Notes: generated from the letters alone by a model not told the origin. 64,000 bases of DNA from an uncultured delta proteobacterium (GCA_963778655.1 CAVZVA010000010.1:480001-544000); one strand, 5' to 3'. Shown: positions 8,412 through 18,672, counted from the stretch's first letter. Translations and numbers: made by a program.

Positions 8412-10346
8412 ATGACCAGCTTCTTCGAGCACCAAGATCGCGCGCGCCGCAACACGCGCGCGCTCGTCCTGCTGATGGCGGCCGGCATCGTCGCCATGGG
8501 CAGCGCGATCTACCTGCTGCTGGCGCTGCTGGAGCAGCACAGCCTGTCGCGCATGACCAGCATGGGCGCGCTGGAGCGGCCCCCGCTGTTTCAGCCGGAG
8601 CTGCTGCTGGCATGCATCTTCGGCACCGCGGCCACGGTGGCGCTGGCCAGCGGCGGGCGCGTGCTGTCGCTACGCGGAGGCGGCGCGCAGATCGCGGAGA
8701 TGATGGGCGGCCGACTGGCGAGCGGAAGCCCCCGCGACGGGCTGGAGAAGCGTCTGCTCAACGTGGTCGAGGAGATGGCGATCGCGGCGGGCGTACCGGT
8801 GCCGATGGTGTTCGTGCTGGAGCAGGAACAGGGCATCAATGCGTTCGCGGCGGGCTTTTCCCCCGAGGATGCCGCGATCGCGGTCACGCGCGGCTGTCTG
8901 GAGAAGCTCACGCGCGACGAGCTGCAGGGCGTGATTGGTCACGAGTTCAGCCACGTGCTCAACGGCGACATGAAGCTGAACATCCGGCTGATGGGAATCG
9001 TGTTCGGCATCGTGTGCCTGGGACTGCTAGGGCGGCTGCTGATACGTCTGGGCAGCGCCAGCGGCTACTACGCCTCGTCGCGTCGCGAGCGCGGTGGCTC
9101 GCCGGGCGCGGCGCTGTTCGTGGTCGGCCTCGGCGTGGTGGCGATCGGCGCCATCGGCGAGCTGTGCGGTAAGTTGATCAAGGCCGCGGTGAGCCGCCAG
9201 CGCGAGTTTCTGGCGGATGCCTCGGCGGTGCAGTTCACGCGCAATCCCGACGGCATCGCCGGCGCGCTGAAGAAGATCGGCGGCTGGCCCGCGGGGGCGC
9301 AGATGCAGGCCGCACACGCCGACGAGGCGAGTCACTTCTTCTTCGGCGACATCCACAAGCGCCTGTTCGACGGCAGCATGCTCGCCACGCATCCGCCGCT
9401 GGCGGAGCGCATCAAGCGCATCGATCCGAGCTTCCGCGGCGAGTTCCCGGAGCTCGGCGAAGGCGTGGCCCAGCCGGAGGACGACGCGCAGCTAAGCGGT
9501 TTCGCGGCAGCCGCGCCGGGCGCGGGGTCGCACGACGCGGAGTCGGTGGTGGCGCGCATCGGCACCACCAGCGCCCAGGGCCTGCAAGACGGCCGGCGCC
9601 TGCTCGCGGCGTTGCCGGACGCGCTGCGCGCGGCGGCACAGAGCCCGTTTGCCGCCTGTGCCATGGTGTTCGCGCTGCTGCTCGACGACACACCCGAGGT
9701 GCGGCGCGTCCAGGACGAGGCGATCGAGACGCTGGCCGGTCCTTCGCTGCTGCGCGAGACCGGGCGGCTTTTGCCGGCGCTCGCCGCGCTTTCGCGGAGC
9801 GATCGGCTGCCGCTGCTGGCGCTGCTGGCGCCTTCGCTGCGCTCGCTCAGCCCCGATCAGCGGGCGGCGTTCTCGCGCACGGTCGACGCCCTGATCGACG
9901 CCGACGCGCAGGTATCGGTGTTCGAGTACGTGCTGGGTCAGACGCTGCGCGAGCGGCTCTCGGTGGACAGCTCGGCGAAGCAGCGCGCCCGCGTGCGCTA
10001 TCGCTCGCTGCAGGCGGTGCGGAGCGAGCTGCAGCTGCTGCTGTCGTTGCTCTCGCGCGCCGGTGACGTCGACGGTGCCAGCGCCGAGGCCGCGTTTGCC
10101 GCGGCGGCGGCGCGGCTCGACGGCATGCAGCTCTCGCTGCTGCCTGCGAGCGAGCGGTTGCTGTTCGGCCTGGGGCCTGCGCTGACCGAGCTGCGCGCGC
10201 TCAGCCCACGGCTGTGCGCGCAGGTGGTCGATGCCTGCGCGCACGCGGTGCTCGCCGATCGCCGCGTCACCGAAGACGAGGACACGCTGCTGCGCGCGGT
10301 GTGCGACGCACTGGGTTGCCCGCTACCTCCGCTGGAAGCGACGTGA
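8412..10346 (+). CDS. M48-family (HtpX-like) zinc metalloprotease, long form
   Basis: NVVEEMAIAAG, INAFAAG, ELQGVIGHEFSH (HExxH), SRQREFLADASAVQFTR, THPPLAERI; adjacent to lemA, as is typical. Confidence 0.92.
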   Translation: MTSFFEHQDRARRNTRALVLLMAAGIVAMGSAIYLLLALLEQHSLSRMTSMGALERPPLFQPELLLACIFGTAATVALASGGRVLSLRGGGAQIAEMMGGRLASGSPRDGLEKRLLNVVEEMAIAAGVPVPMVFVLEQEQGINAFAAGFSPEDAAIAVTRGCLEKLTRDELQGVIGHEFSHVLNGDMKLNIRLMGIVFGIVCLGLLGRLLIRLGSASGYYASSRRERGGSPGAALFVVGLGVVAIGAIGELCGKLIKAAVSRQREFLADASAVQFTRNPDGIAGALKKIGGWPAGAQMQAAHADEASHFFFGDIHKRLFDGSMLATHPPLAERIKRIDPSFRGEFPELGEGVAQPEDDAQLSGFAAAAPGAGSHDAESVVARIGTTSAQGLQDGRRLLAALPDALRAAAQSPFAACAMVFALLLDDTPEVRRVQDEAIETLAGPSLLRETGRLLPALAALSRSDRLPLLALLAPSLRSLSPDQRAAFSRTVDALIDADAQVSVFEYVLGQTLRERLSVDSSAKQRARVRYRSLQAVRSELQLLLSLLSRAGDVDGASAEAAFAAAAARLDGMQLSLLPASERLLFGLGPALTELRALSPRLCAQVVDACAHAVLADRRVTEDEDTLLRAVCDALGCPLPPLEAT

Positions 10347-10422
10347 GCCGCGCGGGCTGCTCGCGTCTGTACGGATCGCGGCCGGTTCGTTAGACTGCTG
10401 CAAACCCGCTTGGCTGGTGTGC

Positions 10423-11433
10423 ATGGCTCGATCGAAGCTGCCTTCGTCTTGGCTCGTTCTCTGGTTGTGCTCGCTGGCCGCCAGCGCGGGGGCTCAGCCC
10501 GCGCCCGACGCAGAGCTGCCGCCGGCCCCGCCACCGCCTCCTGCGGCCGCGCCCGCGGCGCCTGTGCCCGAAGGCGCGGCCTCTGCGCCCGCGTTGTCCG
10601 GAGCGGTGAGCACGCAGCCAGCGCCGGCCCCGACGCCTGCGCCCACTGCTCCGGCCGCCGCTGCGCCCGCCTGCGTGCCCGCCTGCCGCAGCGGCTACCT
10701 GTGCGAGCGCGGACAGTGCCTGTCGGCCTGCAATCCCCCGTGCCCGCAGGGCCAGCACTGCAACGGGCACGGCGAGTGCGTGGCCGAGCCCGCTGCGCCC
10801 GCGCTGCCGCCCAGCATCTTCCCGTCCGGGCCGGTCGCGCCGATCCCGCGCCCGCCCGGCGCCGAGCGCCACGACGGCTTCATGCTACGGCTGGCGCTGG
10901 GCTTCGGCGGCGCGAGCCTGAAGGAGAAGGTCAGCGGCTCGACGCTGGGCATCTCGAACGAGCAGTTCTCGGGCCTCAGCGGCAGCTTCAGCCTGGACGT
11001 GGGCGGAGCGCTCAGCGACGAGATCGTGCTGCACGGGCGGCTATCGGACTTCGTGATGGTCGACCCGAACGTGAAGGTCGACGGCGTCAGCACCGGCACC
11101 GCCACCGACAGCTCGCTGGCGGCACTGCTGCTCGCGCCCGCGGTCAGCTATTACTTCATGCCGGTCAACGTCTACCTGACGGGCGCGGTTGGTCTGTCCT
11201 GGCTCAGCATCAAGGACCCGAGCGGGGATTCGGCGTCCACCTCGGCCGGCTTCGGGCTCAACTTCGACGTCGGCAAGGAGTGGTGGGTCAGCGACGATTG
11301 GGGCCTGGGCGTGGCGGGTCGCTTCTGGTTCAGCCACGTCGCCACCAAGAACAACTCGAGTCCGACGGCCACGGTCAAGTACACCGACGACTTCATCGCC
11401 GCGGGCGTGCTGTTTTCGGCGACCTATCAGTGA
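10423..11433 (+). CDS. Secreted protein: Pro/Ala linker, Cys-rich module and probable outer-membrane beta-barrel
   Basis: Signal-like MARSKLPSSWLVLWLCSLAASAGA; CVPACRSGYLCERGQCLSACNPPCPQGQHC; amphipathic strands ending GVLFSATYQ. Confidence 0.75.
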   Translation: MARSKLPSSWLVLWLCSLAASAGAQPAPDAELPPAPPPPPAAAPAAPVPEGAASAPALSGAVSTQPAPAPTPAPTAPAAAAPACVPACRSGYLCERGQCLSACNPPCPQGQHCNGHGECVAEPAAPALPPSIFPSGPVAPIPRPPGAERHDGFMLRLALGFGGASLKEKVSGSTLGISNEQFSGLSGSFSLDVGGALSDEIVLHGRLSDFVMVDPNVKVDGVSTGTATDSSLAALLLAPAVSYYFMPVNVYLTGAVGLSWLSIKDPSGDSASTSAGFGLNFDVGKEWWVSDDWGLGVAGRFWFSHVATKNNSSPTATVKYTDDFIAAGVLFSATYQ

Positions 11434-11445
11434 ACGCGGCGACGC

Positions 11446-12696
11446 TCACAGCGTGATCGGCAGCCGACCGAGCACCCGGAACAGCGATTCGCCCCATTCC
11501 GGGCGCTCGCTCTGCAGCTGCATGCGGGGAAAGCGCCGCACCAGCGCGCCGATCGCGACCTGGGTCTCGAGGCGCGCCAGGTGCGCGCCGAGGCAGAAGT
11601 GAATGCCACCGCCGAAGGCCAGGTGGGAAGCTTGCCCGCGCTCGATGTCGAAGCGGTCGGGGTCCTGATAGAGCGCCGGATCGCGGTGCGCGGACGCGAT
11701 GCACAGCAGCAGCTCGCTGTTCTTGGGGATATGCACGCCGCCTAGCTCGACATCCTCGTGCAGCACGCGTCGGGTCGCTGGGATCGGGCCGTCGAAGCGC
11801 AGGCATTCCTCCACCGCGCCGGCGATCAGCTCGGGCCGCGCCTGCAGCTTGCGCAGCTCGTCGGGGTGCAGCAGCAGCTGGCGCACGCCATTGCCGATCA
11901 GGCCGATGGTGGTCTCGAAGCCCGCCACCAGCAGCCCGACCGACTGGGTCAGCAGCTCCTCGGCGCTGAGCTTGTCGCCGTCCTCCTCGGCCCGGACCAG
12001 CACGCTCAACATGTCCTCGCCGGGACGCTTGCGGCGCTCTTCGATCAGCGCCGTCATGTAGCTCGCGAGCCCCATCGCGGCCTGGCCCGCGATCGTGCGC
12101 ATGGCCGGGCTGAGCGTCTGCGGCGCCAGCAGGTGCGTGATGTGCGCAGTCCAGTCGGTGAACTTGGGTCGATCGGACAGCGGAACGCCCAACATCTCGC
12201 AGATGATGGTCGAGGGCAGCGGCCGCGCCAGATCGGCGATCACGTCCAGCTCCCCGCGCGCCTCTACCGCGTCCAGCATGCCGTCGACAAGCTCGCGTGC
12301 GTGCGGCCGCAGCCGCTCGATCGCGGGCGGCGTGAACGCGCGGCTGACCAGGCGCCGCAAGCGGCTGTGGTTGGGCGGATCCTGCATCAGCATGAAGCGC
12401 CGCGGCATCGCGCTCTCGTCGACCCCGGGCAGCACGCCCTCGGTGGTGCGCACGCCGACCTTGAGCTCCTTGAGCACCCGCTGCACGTCGGCGTGGCGCA
12501 TCACGCGGTAGTAGCCGAGTGGCGTCTTGTGGACCGGGTATTGCTCGCGGATGCGGTTGAACGTCGGGTACGGGTTGTCGCGAAACCCGGGCTCGCCCCC
12601 GAACGGGCTCCAGCCGTGCCACTCCTCGGACGACTGCAGCACCACGGACACGTCGGCGTCTAGGTCTCGGGCCGGAGCGATCGATACGTGCGACAT
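11446..12696 (-). CDS. Cytochrome P450
   Basis: DPPNHSRLRRLV, LLVAGFETT (I-helix), EECLR (ExxR), HLAFGGGIHFCLG (heme Cys). Start taken at MSHVSIAP. Confidence 0.95.
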   Translation of the reverse strand: MSHVSIAPARDLDADVSVVLQSSEEWHGWSPFGGEPGFRDNPYPTFNRIREQYPVHKTPLGYYRVMRHADVQRVLKELKVGVRTTEGVLPGVDESAMPRRFMLMQDPPNHSRLRRLVSRAFTPPAIERLRPHARELVDGMLDAVEARGELDVIADLARPLPSTIICEMLGVPLSDRPKFTDWTAHITHLLAPQTLSPAMRTIAGQAAMGLASYMTALIEERRKRPGEDMLSVLVRAEEDGDKLSAEELLTQSVGLLVAGFETTIGLIGNGVRQLLLHPDELRKLQARPELIAGAVEECLRFDGPIPATRRVLHEDVELGGVHIPKNSELLLCIASAHRDPALYQDPDRFDIERGQASHLAFGGGIHFCLGAHLARLETQVAIGALVRRFPRMQLQSERPEWGESLFRVLGRLPITL

Positions 12697-12760
12697 CGGT
12701 CGAGTATACCCGATGCGCGCGCGGCGCCCGCCGGACCGTGCCCGGCGCGCGGCGCGGCGC

Positions 12761-14371
12761 TCACCGGGACCTACGTCGTCGCACGAGTGCCGCAAGCCCC
12801 AGCAGCCCGAACGCGCCGAGCCAACCCGCACCCGATCCCTGCGCCCCGGGCATGGCCGAGCACCCGCTCTTCTTCGCCGGAGCGCCGGTCGCACCGGTAC
12901 CCGCGGCACCGATGGTGACGCCGGGGCTCGCGCCCCCGGTACCGACGGCGCCGGTCCCGCCGACACCCCCGGTTCCCGACCCGACACCGCCGGTGCTGAC
13001 ACCGGGCGTTCCGCCCACGCTGCCACCGGCCCCGCCGGCAGCCGCCGCGCCCGTCCCGCCGCTGCCCCCGCTACCAATCATCTCGGCCGCCAACGGACCG
13101 CAATTCGGATCGCTGTAAGCGCCGCACACCGGCGCTTGTGCGAAGTGCCCGAAGCCGCAATACGCGTTGCATAGCTGCGGCTTGCAGGTCATGGCCATAT
13201 CCACGCCGGGACAGCTCACGAAGTCGGCGACGTCGGTCACCTTCATCATGGAGTTGAACGCGCCCGTGGTCTGATCGACCGGCCCGAACCACCAGTGCTG
13301 GCACGCGTACAGCGTGTTGTTCGCATTCTGATAGGCCAGGCACTGGACCGGGTAGTCCGCCATCGGCAGCTTGGTAGCCTGCTGGTCGAGGCTCTGGGCG
13401 AACCACAGTCCGCGCGGCAGCGTGTTGTCCGAAGTGCTGCCCGAGTCGGCGATCCACACGCGACCGTCGGGCGCAAACGCGACGCCGGGCGTCGGAGTCG
13501 ACGACGATCCGACCGGGGCCCCCCCGATCTCGGTGACCTGCAGGTAGTCGGTGAACGTGGCGCCCTGATCGCTGCTGACCCGGACCGTGTCGGTGAGGTC
13601 GGCGCCGGTGGTGCTGCTGCCCTCGGGCTTGTTGATCGCAATCACGATGCGGTCGGGGTTGCTGGGGTCGACGGCCTGCAGGCGGAGCTGGCCGTCGGTG
13701 GTGCCGTACATGTGCTCGGTCCAGGTGGTGCCGTTGTCGTCCGAGACGCGGATGACGTAGTTCGGCTTGTACGAGCCGTCCGCGGTCATCACCTGGCCGG
13801 CGACCGCGGCTTCATAGAAGCGCACGCCGCCGGCGTGCGCGACGGCGAGCAGGCGCGTGATCAAGATCGGATCCTTGGTGCCCAGATCGGACCATGTACC
13901 GCTGGCATCGCGCTTCAGAATCCCGTTGACCTTGCCGTCGCCGCCGGTCGAGGTCACCGCGTAGGTGACGTTCGGGTCATTCGGATCGGTGGCGAAATCC
14001 GCCACCCACTGTTTGTCGACGATCGGCTCGGTGGTCCAGCCACACGAATTCTTTTGGTCGTGCCACATCCCGGTGAACACGCCCATCATCATCGTTCCGT
14101 CGCCCGCAATCGCGATCGGACCGCTGTGGGTTTGCACCGGATCGAACAGGGCTTGGTCGCACAGCAGGCTCCACGTCTTGCCCGCGTCGCGCGTCACGAA
14201 CAACCCGTCGCCGCCGTTGATGTAGCGAACGACCATGACGTTGGGATCGCTCGGCTGCACGGCAAGCTGCACCAGCTGCTCGACGGGCCCGGCGTGAGCC
14301 ACGTCCGCGAATTGGAGTACCAACAAGAGCGCTACCAGCGCCCCGATTCTAATCCCATGGCGACACCACAT
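12761..14371 (-). CDS. Surface protein with BNR/Asp-box-like propeller and MYXO-CTERM-type sorting tail
   Basis: AGGAG before ATG 14371; signal peptide; TRDAGKTW, SDDNGTTW and SSDQGATF boxes; Gly/Thr linker; C-terminus KKSGCSAM...WLGAFGLLGLAALVRRRRSR. Confidence 0.85.
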   Translation of the reverse strand: MWCRHGIRIGALVALLLVLQFADVAHAGPVEQLVQLAVQPSDPNVMVVRYINGGDGLFVTRDAGKTWSLLCDQALFDPVQTHSGPIAIAGDGTMMMGVFTGMWHDQKNSCGWTTEPIVDKQWVADFATDPNDPNVTYAVTSTGGDGKVNGILKRDASGTWSDLGTKDPILITRLLAVAHAGGVRFYEAAVAGQVMTADGSYKPNYVIRVSDDNGTTWTEHMYGTTDGQLRLQAVDPSNPDRIVIAINKPEGSSTTGADLTDTVRVSSDQGATFTDYLQVTEIGGAPVGSSSTPTPGVAFAPDGRVWIADSGSTSDNTLPRGLWFAQSLDQQATKLPMADYPVQCLAYQNANNTLYACQHWWFGPVDQTTGAFNSMMKVTDVADFVSCPGVDMAMTCKPQLCNAYCGFGHFAQAPVCGAYSDPNCGPLAAEMIGSGGSGGTGAAAAGGAGGSVGGTPGVSTGGVGSGTGGVGGTGAVGTGGASPGVTIGAAGTGATGAPAKKSGCSAMPGAQGSGAGWLGAFGLLGLAALVRRRRSR

Positions 14372-14532
14372 GCTCCTGGGAGTATAGCCCTCGAGCACGA
14401 GGTGCAAGGGTCCAGTGCGGTCCCCGCGGGAGCCTTGCGTGCCAAGCACCGCCAAAGCCGCCCCCGTGTGGGGCAAAGGGCCCCGAAATTACGCCGCTAT
14501 CGCGCACGCACGCCGCGCTACCATGGGCAGTC

Positions 14533-15621
14533 ATGAAGGCAGCGGGCGAGCCGCGCGCGGCGCTGCTGCGCTGGTACGACGCGAACGCGCGCGACCTGCC
14601 GTGGCGGCGCAGCCGCGATCCATATGCGATCTGGGTCTCGGAGATCATGCTGCAGCAGACCCGCGTCGACACCGTGCTGCGCTACTACGAGCCCTTCCTG
14701 GCACGCTTTCCCACCACGCACGCGCTGGCGAGCGCCAGCGAGGACGCGGTGATGGCGGCCTGGAGCGGGCTCGGCTACTACCGCCGCGCTCGGCTACTGC
14801 ACCAGGGTGTGCGCGAGGTGGTCGAGCGCTACGGCGGCGGCGTGCCCGAGCCGCGGGAGGCGCGCAGCGCGCTGCCGGGCGTGGGCCGCTACACCGCAGG
14901 CGCGATCGGCTCGATCGCGTTCGGCAAACAGGAACCGGTGGTGGACGGCAACGTGGCGCGCGTGCTGTGCCGGGTGCTCGCGATCGACGAGCCGCCCGAG
15001 CGCGGCGCCACGCGCGCGCGGCTGTGGCAGCAGGCCGAGCGCCTGGTGCAGGGCCCGCGCCCGGGCGCGCTCAACCAGGCGCTGATGGAGCTCGGGGCGA
15101 CGCTGTGCAGCAAGCGCGCGCCGCGCTGCGCGGCTTGCCCGCTGCGGCCTTGGTGTCGCGCGCACGCGCAAGGGCGGGCCGAAGTGCTGCCCGCAACGCA
15201 GCCCAAGCGCGCGCCGCGCCCGCAGGCGCTGGTCGGGCTGCTCGCAGCCGAAGGCCGCGGCACGACGCGCGCGCTGTGGCTCGATCGCGGCCAGGGCAGC
15301 TTGTTCGGCGGGCTATGGAACCTGCCCATGGCCGAAGGCCGCGGGCGCAAGGCCGCCGCCGCGCTGCTCGCGCACAGCGGGCTGCAGGGCCGGCTCGCGC
15401 CGCGGCCGGCCGGTTCGCTCGAGCACGTGCTCACGCACCGCCGCCTGCAGCTGCAGCTCTGGCGGGTGAGCACGGCGCGCGCGGCCCCAGCCTGCGCGCT
15501 GCGCGCGGTGCCGCTGCACGCGCTGCACGAGCTCGGCGTCTCGCGCCTCACCCACAAGGCGCTCGCCTGGCTCACAGCCGAAAGCCCGGCGCGAAGCCCA
15601 GCAGCACGGGCTCGGGGCTGA
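14533..15621 (+). CDS. mutY: A/G-specific adenine glycosylase
   Basis: WVSEIMLQQTRV, WSGLGYYRRAR, LPGVGRYTAGAI, VDGNVARV, and 4Fe-4S motif CSKRAPRCAACPLRPWC. Confidence 0.95.
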   Translation: MKAAGEPRAALLRWYDANARDLPWRRSRDPYAIWVSEIMLQQTRVDTVLRYYEPFLARFPTTHALASASEDAVMAAWSGLGYYRRARLLHQGVREVVERYGGGVPEPREARSALPGVGRYTAGAIGSIAFGKQEPVVDGNVARVLCRVLAIDEPPERGATRARLWQQAERLVQGPRPGALNQALMELGATLCSKRAPRCAACPLRPWCRAHAQGRAEVLPATQPKRAPRPQALVGLLAAEGRGTTRALWLDRGQGSLFGGLWNLPMAEGRGRKAAAALLAHSGLQGRLAPRPAGSLEHVLTHRRLQLQLWRVSTARAAPACALRAVPLHALHELGVSRLTHKALAWLTAESPARSPAARARG

Positions 15622-16672
15622 GCTCGACGCCGAAGCGCGCGCGCACGCGGTCGCGGATCTCGCGCGCGAACGCGATCAGCTCGGCGCTGCTGCCGCCCCC
15701 GTGGTGCACCAGCGCCAGCGCATGCCGGCTGCTGAGCCCCACTGCACCCCGGCGTTCGCCCTTGCGCAGCCCGGCGCGCTCGATCAGCCAGGCGGCCGCG
15801 AGCTTGACCCGGCCCTCACCCGCAGCGTAGCGCGGCAGCTCCTCGGCGGCGGCGATCAAGCCCTCCTCCAAGGCCTGCCGCGCGAGCCGCTCGGCGGCCT
15901 CGGCACTGACGACCGGGTTGGTGAAGAACGAGCCCGCGCTGCGGCCGTTCTCGTCGGCCGGGTCGAGCAACATCGACTTGGCGCGCCGCAGCGCGAGCAC
16001 CGCCTGCCGCACCTGCTGCAGCGTCGGCTCCGGGTGTCGAGCCTGCACGGCCGCGCGCAGCTCGGCGTAGCGCAGCGCGGGCTCGCCGCCCGAGCGCAAT
16101 TCGAAGCGCACCGAGAGCACCACGAAGCGCTCCGGGTCGCGTTTGAACGCGCTATCGCGGTAAGCGAAACCGCAGCCGGCAGGCTCGAGCGTGAGGATCT
16201 GCAGCGTGCGCCGGTCGAGCACCCGCACCGCCGCGATCGTCTCCGCCACCTCCTGGCCGTACGCGCCCACGTTCTGGATCGGCGTGGCGCCGACCAGGCC
16301 GGGGATGCCGGACAGGCATTCGATGCCCGCCAGCTCGCGCGCGACCGCCAGCTCCACCAACGCGTCCCACGGCTCGCCCGCGGCCGCTTCCACGCTCGCG
16401 ACCGCGCCGCGCAGCGAGATCGCGATGCCGCGCAGCTTCATCTGCACCACCAGGCCGTCGAAGCCTGCGTCGCTCACCACCAGGTTGCTGCCGGCGCCCA
16501 AGATCGCGACCGGCAGCTCCCGCTCGGCGGCCCAGCGTAGCGCCTCGATCACGCCAGCCTCGTCCTCTGCGCGCAAGCCGTAGCGCGCGCGGCCGCCCAG
16601 CTGCAGCGTGGTGCGCTCGCCGAGCGGCGCGTCGCGTTCGAGCGACGGCGGGCTCGTCTGCCCCGCGCTCAG
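15572..16672 (-). CDS. murB: UDP-N-acetylenolpyruvoylglucosamine reductase (probable CTG start)
   Basis: TTLQLGGRA, LGAGSNLV, LSGIPGLVGATPIQNVGAYG, FAYRDSAFK, SAGSFFTNP, HALALVH, FGVELSPEP. The start is inferred. Confidence 0.92.
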   Translation of the reverse strand: MSAGQTSPPSLERDAPLGERTTLQLGGRARYGLRAEDEAGVIEALRWAAERELPVAILGAGSNLVVSDAGFDGLVVQMKLRGIAISLRGAVASVEAAAGEPWDALVELAVARELAGIECLSGIPGLVGATPIQNVGAYGQEVAETIAAVRVLDRRTLQILTLEPAGCGFAYRDSAFKRDPERFVVLSVRFELRSGGEPALRYAELRAAVQARHPEPTLQQVRQAVLALRRAKSMLLDPADENGRSAGSFFTNPVVSAEAAERLARQALEEGLIAAAEELPRYAAGEGRVKLAAAWLIERAGLRKGERRGAVGLSSRHALALVHHGGGSSAELIAFAREIRDRVRARFGVELSPEPVLLGFAPGFRL

Positions 16673-17994
16673 CGGATCACCTCGGTGCCGGCCATGTACG
16701 GCACCAGCGCGGCCGGCACGCGCACGCTGCCGTCGGCCTGCTGGTATTGCTCCAGGATCGCGACCAGCGTGCGGCCGATCGCCAGGCCCGAGCCGTTGAG
16801 CGTGTGCAGCGGCTGCGGCTTTTCGCCCTTGTGGGGCCGGAAGCGGATCTTCGCGCGCCGCGCCTGGAAATCTCCGAACCACGAGCAGCTCGAGATCTCG
16901 CGGTAGGCGTTCTGGCCCGGTAGCCACACCTCGAGATCGTAACCGCGGCGCGCGCTGGCGTTGAGGTCGCCGGTGCACAGCTCCATCACCCGGTAGTGCA
17001 GCCCCAGGCGCTTGAGCACCGCTTCGGCGTGGCGCGTCAGCTCCTCGAGCGCGTCCTCGGCGCGCTCCGGGCGCTCGAAGCGCACCAGCTCCACCTTGTC
17101 GAACTGGTGGACCCGGATCATGCCGCGCGTGTCCTTGCCGTAGCTGCCGGCCTCGCTGCGGAAGCACGGCGTGTACGCGCAGTACTTGATCGGCAACGCG
17201 TCGCCCTCGACGATCTCGTCGCGGTGCAGGTTGGTGAGCGGCACCTCGGCGGTGGGGATCAAGTACAGCTCGTGCTTCTCGTCCGGCTCGCCGCCTGCGC
17301 GGTCGGCCGAGTCGTCCCAGTCCGAAGCCAGACGGAACAAGTCGGCAGAGAACTTCGGCAGCTGGCCGGTGCCGCGCAGGCTGCGCGCGTTGACCAACAC
17401 GGGCGGCCAGATCTCGGTGTAGCCGTGCTCGCGCGTGTGCAGGTCGAGCATGAAGGCCATCAGCGCACGCGTCAGGCGCGCGCCTTCGCCGCGCAGCAGC
17501 ACGAAGCGCGTGCCGCTGATCTTGGCTGCGCGCTCGAGGTCGAGGATGCCGAGCGCGGTCGCGAGATCGACGTGGTCACGGGCGGCGCGCGCCAGCACCG
17601 GCTTGTCGCCGTACTCGCGCATGAGCACATTGTCGCCGTCGTCCTTGCCGCTCGGCGCGTGCTCCGAGGGCAGGTTCGGCACCAGCAGCAGCGCCTGCTC
17701 GAGCTCGGCTTCGACCTCGCGCTGCGCGGCCTCGAGCGGCTTGGCCTCGGCGGCGATGTGCTTGAGCGCGTCGCGCCGGGCGTGGAATTGCTCGCTCTGC
17801 TTGTCGAGCGCGGCCATCGCCTGGTTGGCCTCGTTCTGCTGCTGGCGCAGCGCCTCGAGCCGCTGGATCACCTGCTTGCGGCGCTCGGCCAGCACGGCGA
17901 TGGCATCGAGGCTGTGCGCCGCGGCTGGACCGCGCCGTAGCAACGCCACGCGCACTTCGTGCAGATGGTCGACCACGTAACGCAAATCGAGCAT
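16669..17994 (-). CDS. serS: Serine--tRNA ligase
   Basis: MLDLRYV, coiled-coil arm, GTGQLPKF, LIPTAEVPLTN, CFRSEAGSYGKDTRGMIRVHQFDKVE, YREISSCS, HTLNGSGLAIGRT. Confidence 0.97.
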   Translation of the reverse strand: MLDLRYVVDHLHEVRVALLRRGPAAAHSLDAIAVLAERRKQVIQRLEALRQQQNEANQAMAALDKQSEQFHARRDALKHIAAEAKPLEAAQREVEAELEQALLLVPNLPSEHAPSGKDDGDNVLMREYGDKPVLARAARDHVDLATALGILDLERAAKISGTRFVLLRGEGARLTRALMAFMLDLHTREHGYTEIWPPVLVNARSLRGTGQLPKFSADLFRLASDWDDSADRAGGEPDEKHELYLIPTAEVPLTNLHRDEIVEGDALPIKYCAYTPCFRSEAGSYGKDTRGMIRVHQFDKVELVRFERPERAEDALEELTRHAEAVLKRLGLHYRVMELCTGDLNASARRGYDLEVWLPGQNAYREISSCSWFGDFQARRAKIRFRPHKGEKPQPLHTLNGSGLAIGRTLVAILEQYQQADGSVRVPAALVPYMAGTEVIR

Positions 17995-18183
17995 GCCGCC
18001 GATGTACACCGAGAACGCTTGGCGGGCCAATCGTCGCAAGGGGATCCACAGAAGTCGGGAAGACGGGAAGTACCGCGTATTGCCCTCTTCCCGCCTTCCG
18101 GTCGTTCTGAGGACGCCGCTGCGCGGGCGCTGCGGGCGTCCAGAGGTCGCGCGGGCGGCGTGATTGCGGTACACAGCGACGCC

Positions 18184-18672
18184 ATGCGGATCGGAGCCAG
18201 CGGCAAAGCGACGGTACGCCTGGGCGTGGTCGTGTTGATGGTCGCAGCCTGCAGCGGGGTGTGGGAATTGCTCGCCGCGCAATCGCCGGGCACGCCGCTG
18301 TACATCGATACGCTGGCCGGGCCGATCGCGGCGCTGCGCGAGCTGGCCACCGTGTTCGGCCTGCTGCTGCTCGGCGCGGGGCTGCTGATGCCGTGGGCGA
18401 GCCAGGGCCGCGAGCCCCGGCGGCTGGTGGCGGCGCTCTACGCCGGGACCGCGCTCGCCCTGGGCGCCCAGCTGTATGCCGCGACCCAGGGCATGTACGG
18501 GGTGCAGCTCAGCGACCTGCGGCCGGACGCGCTGCCGTTGTTCGTGGCCAAGCAAACCGGGCTGCTATTGCTGGTGGGAGGCCTGCTCGAGCTGGGCCGC
18601 CGCGTGTTGTTGCGGCCACCGCCGGGGGAGGAGGCGCGGCCGCTGCAGCCCCCACACGACCCGTCAACTTGA
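18184..18672 (+). CDS. Hypothetical membrane protein (about 4 TM)
   Basis: Internal ATG of ORF 17959..18672; four hydrophobic stretches; fills the gap before cimA. Confidence 0.65.
   Translation: MRIGASGKATVRLGVVVLMVAACSGVWELLAAQSPGTPLYIDTLAGPIAALRELATVFGLLLLGAGLLMPWASQGREPRRLVAALYAGTALALGAQLYAATQGMYGVQLSDLRPDALPLFVAKQTGLLLLVGGLLELGRRVLLRPPPGEEARPLQPPHDPST

Noticed and set aside
14428..14446. TGGCAC half-sites here (minus strand) and near 22069 and 24641 as possible sigma-54 promoters
   Set aside because: The -12 GC is not at the required spacing from the -24 GG.
15572..15621. 50-bp 3' overlap of convergent mutY and murB
   Set aside because: Short tail overlaps are common in GC-rich genomes, and the MutY tail here is low-complexity.
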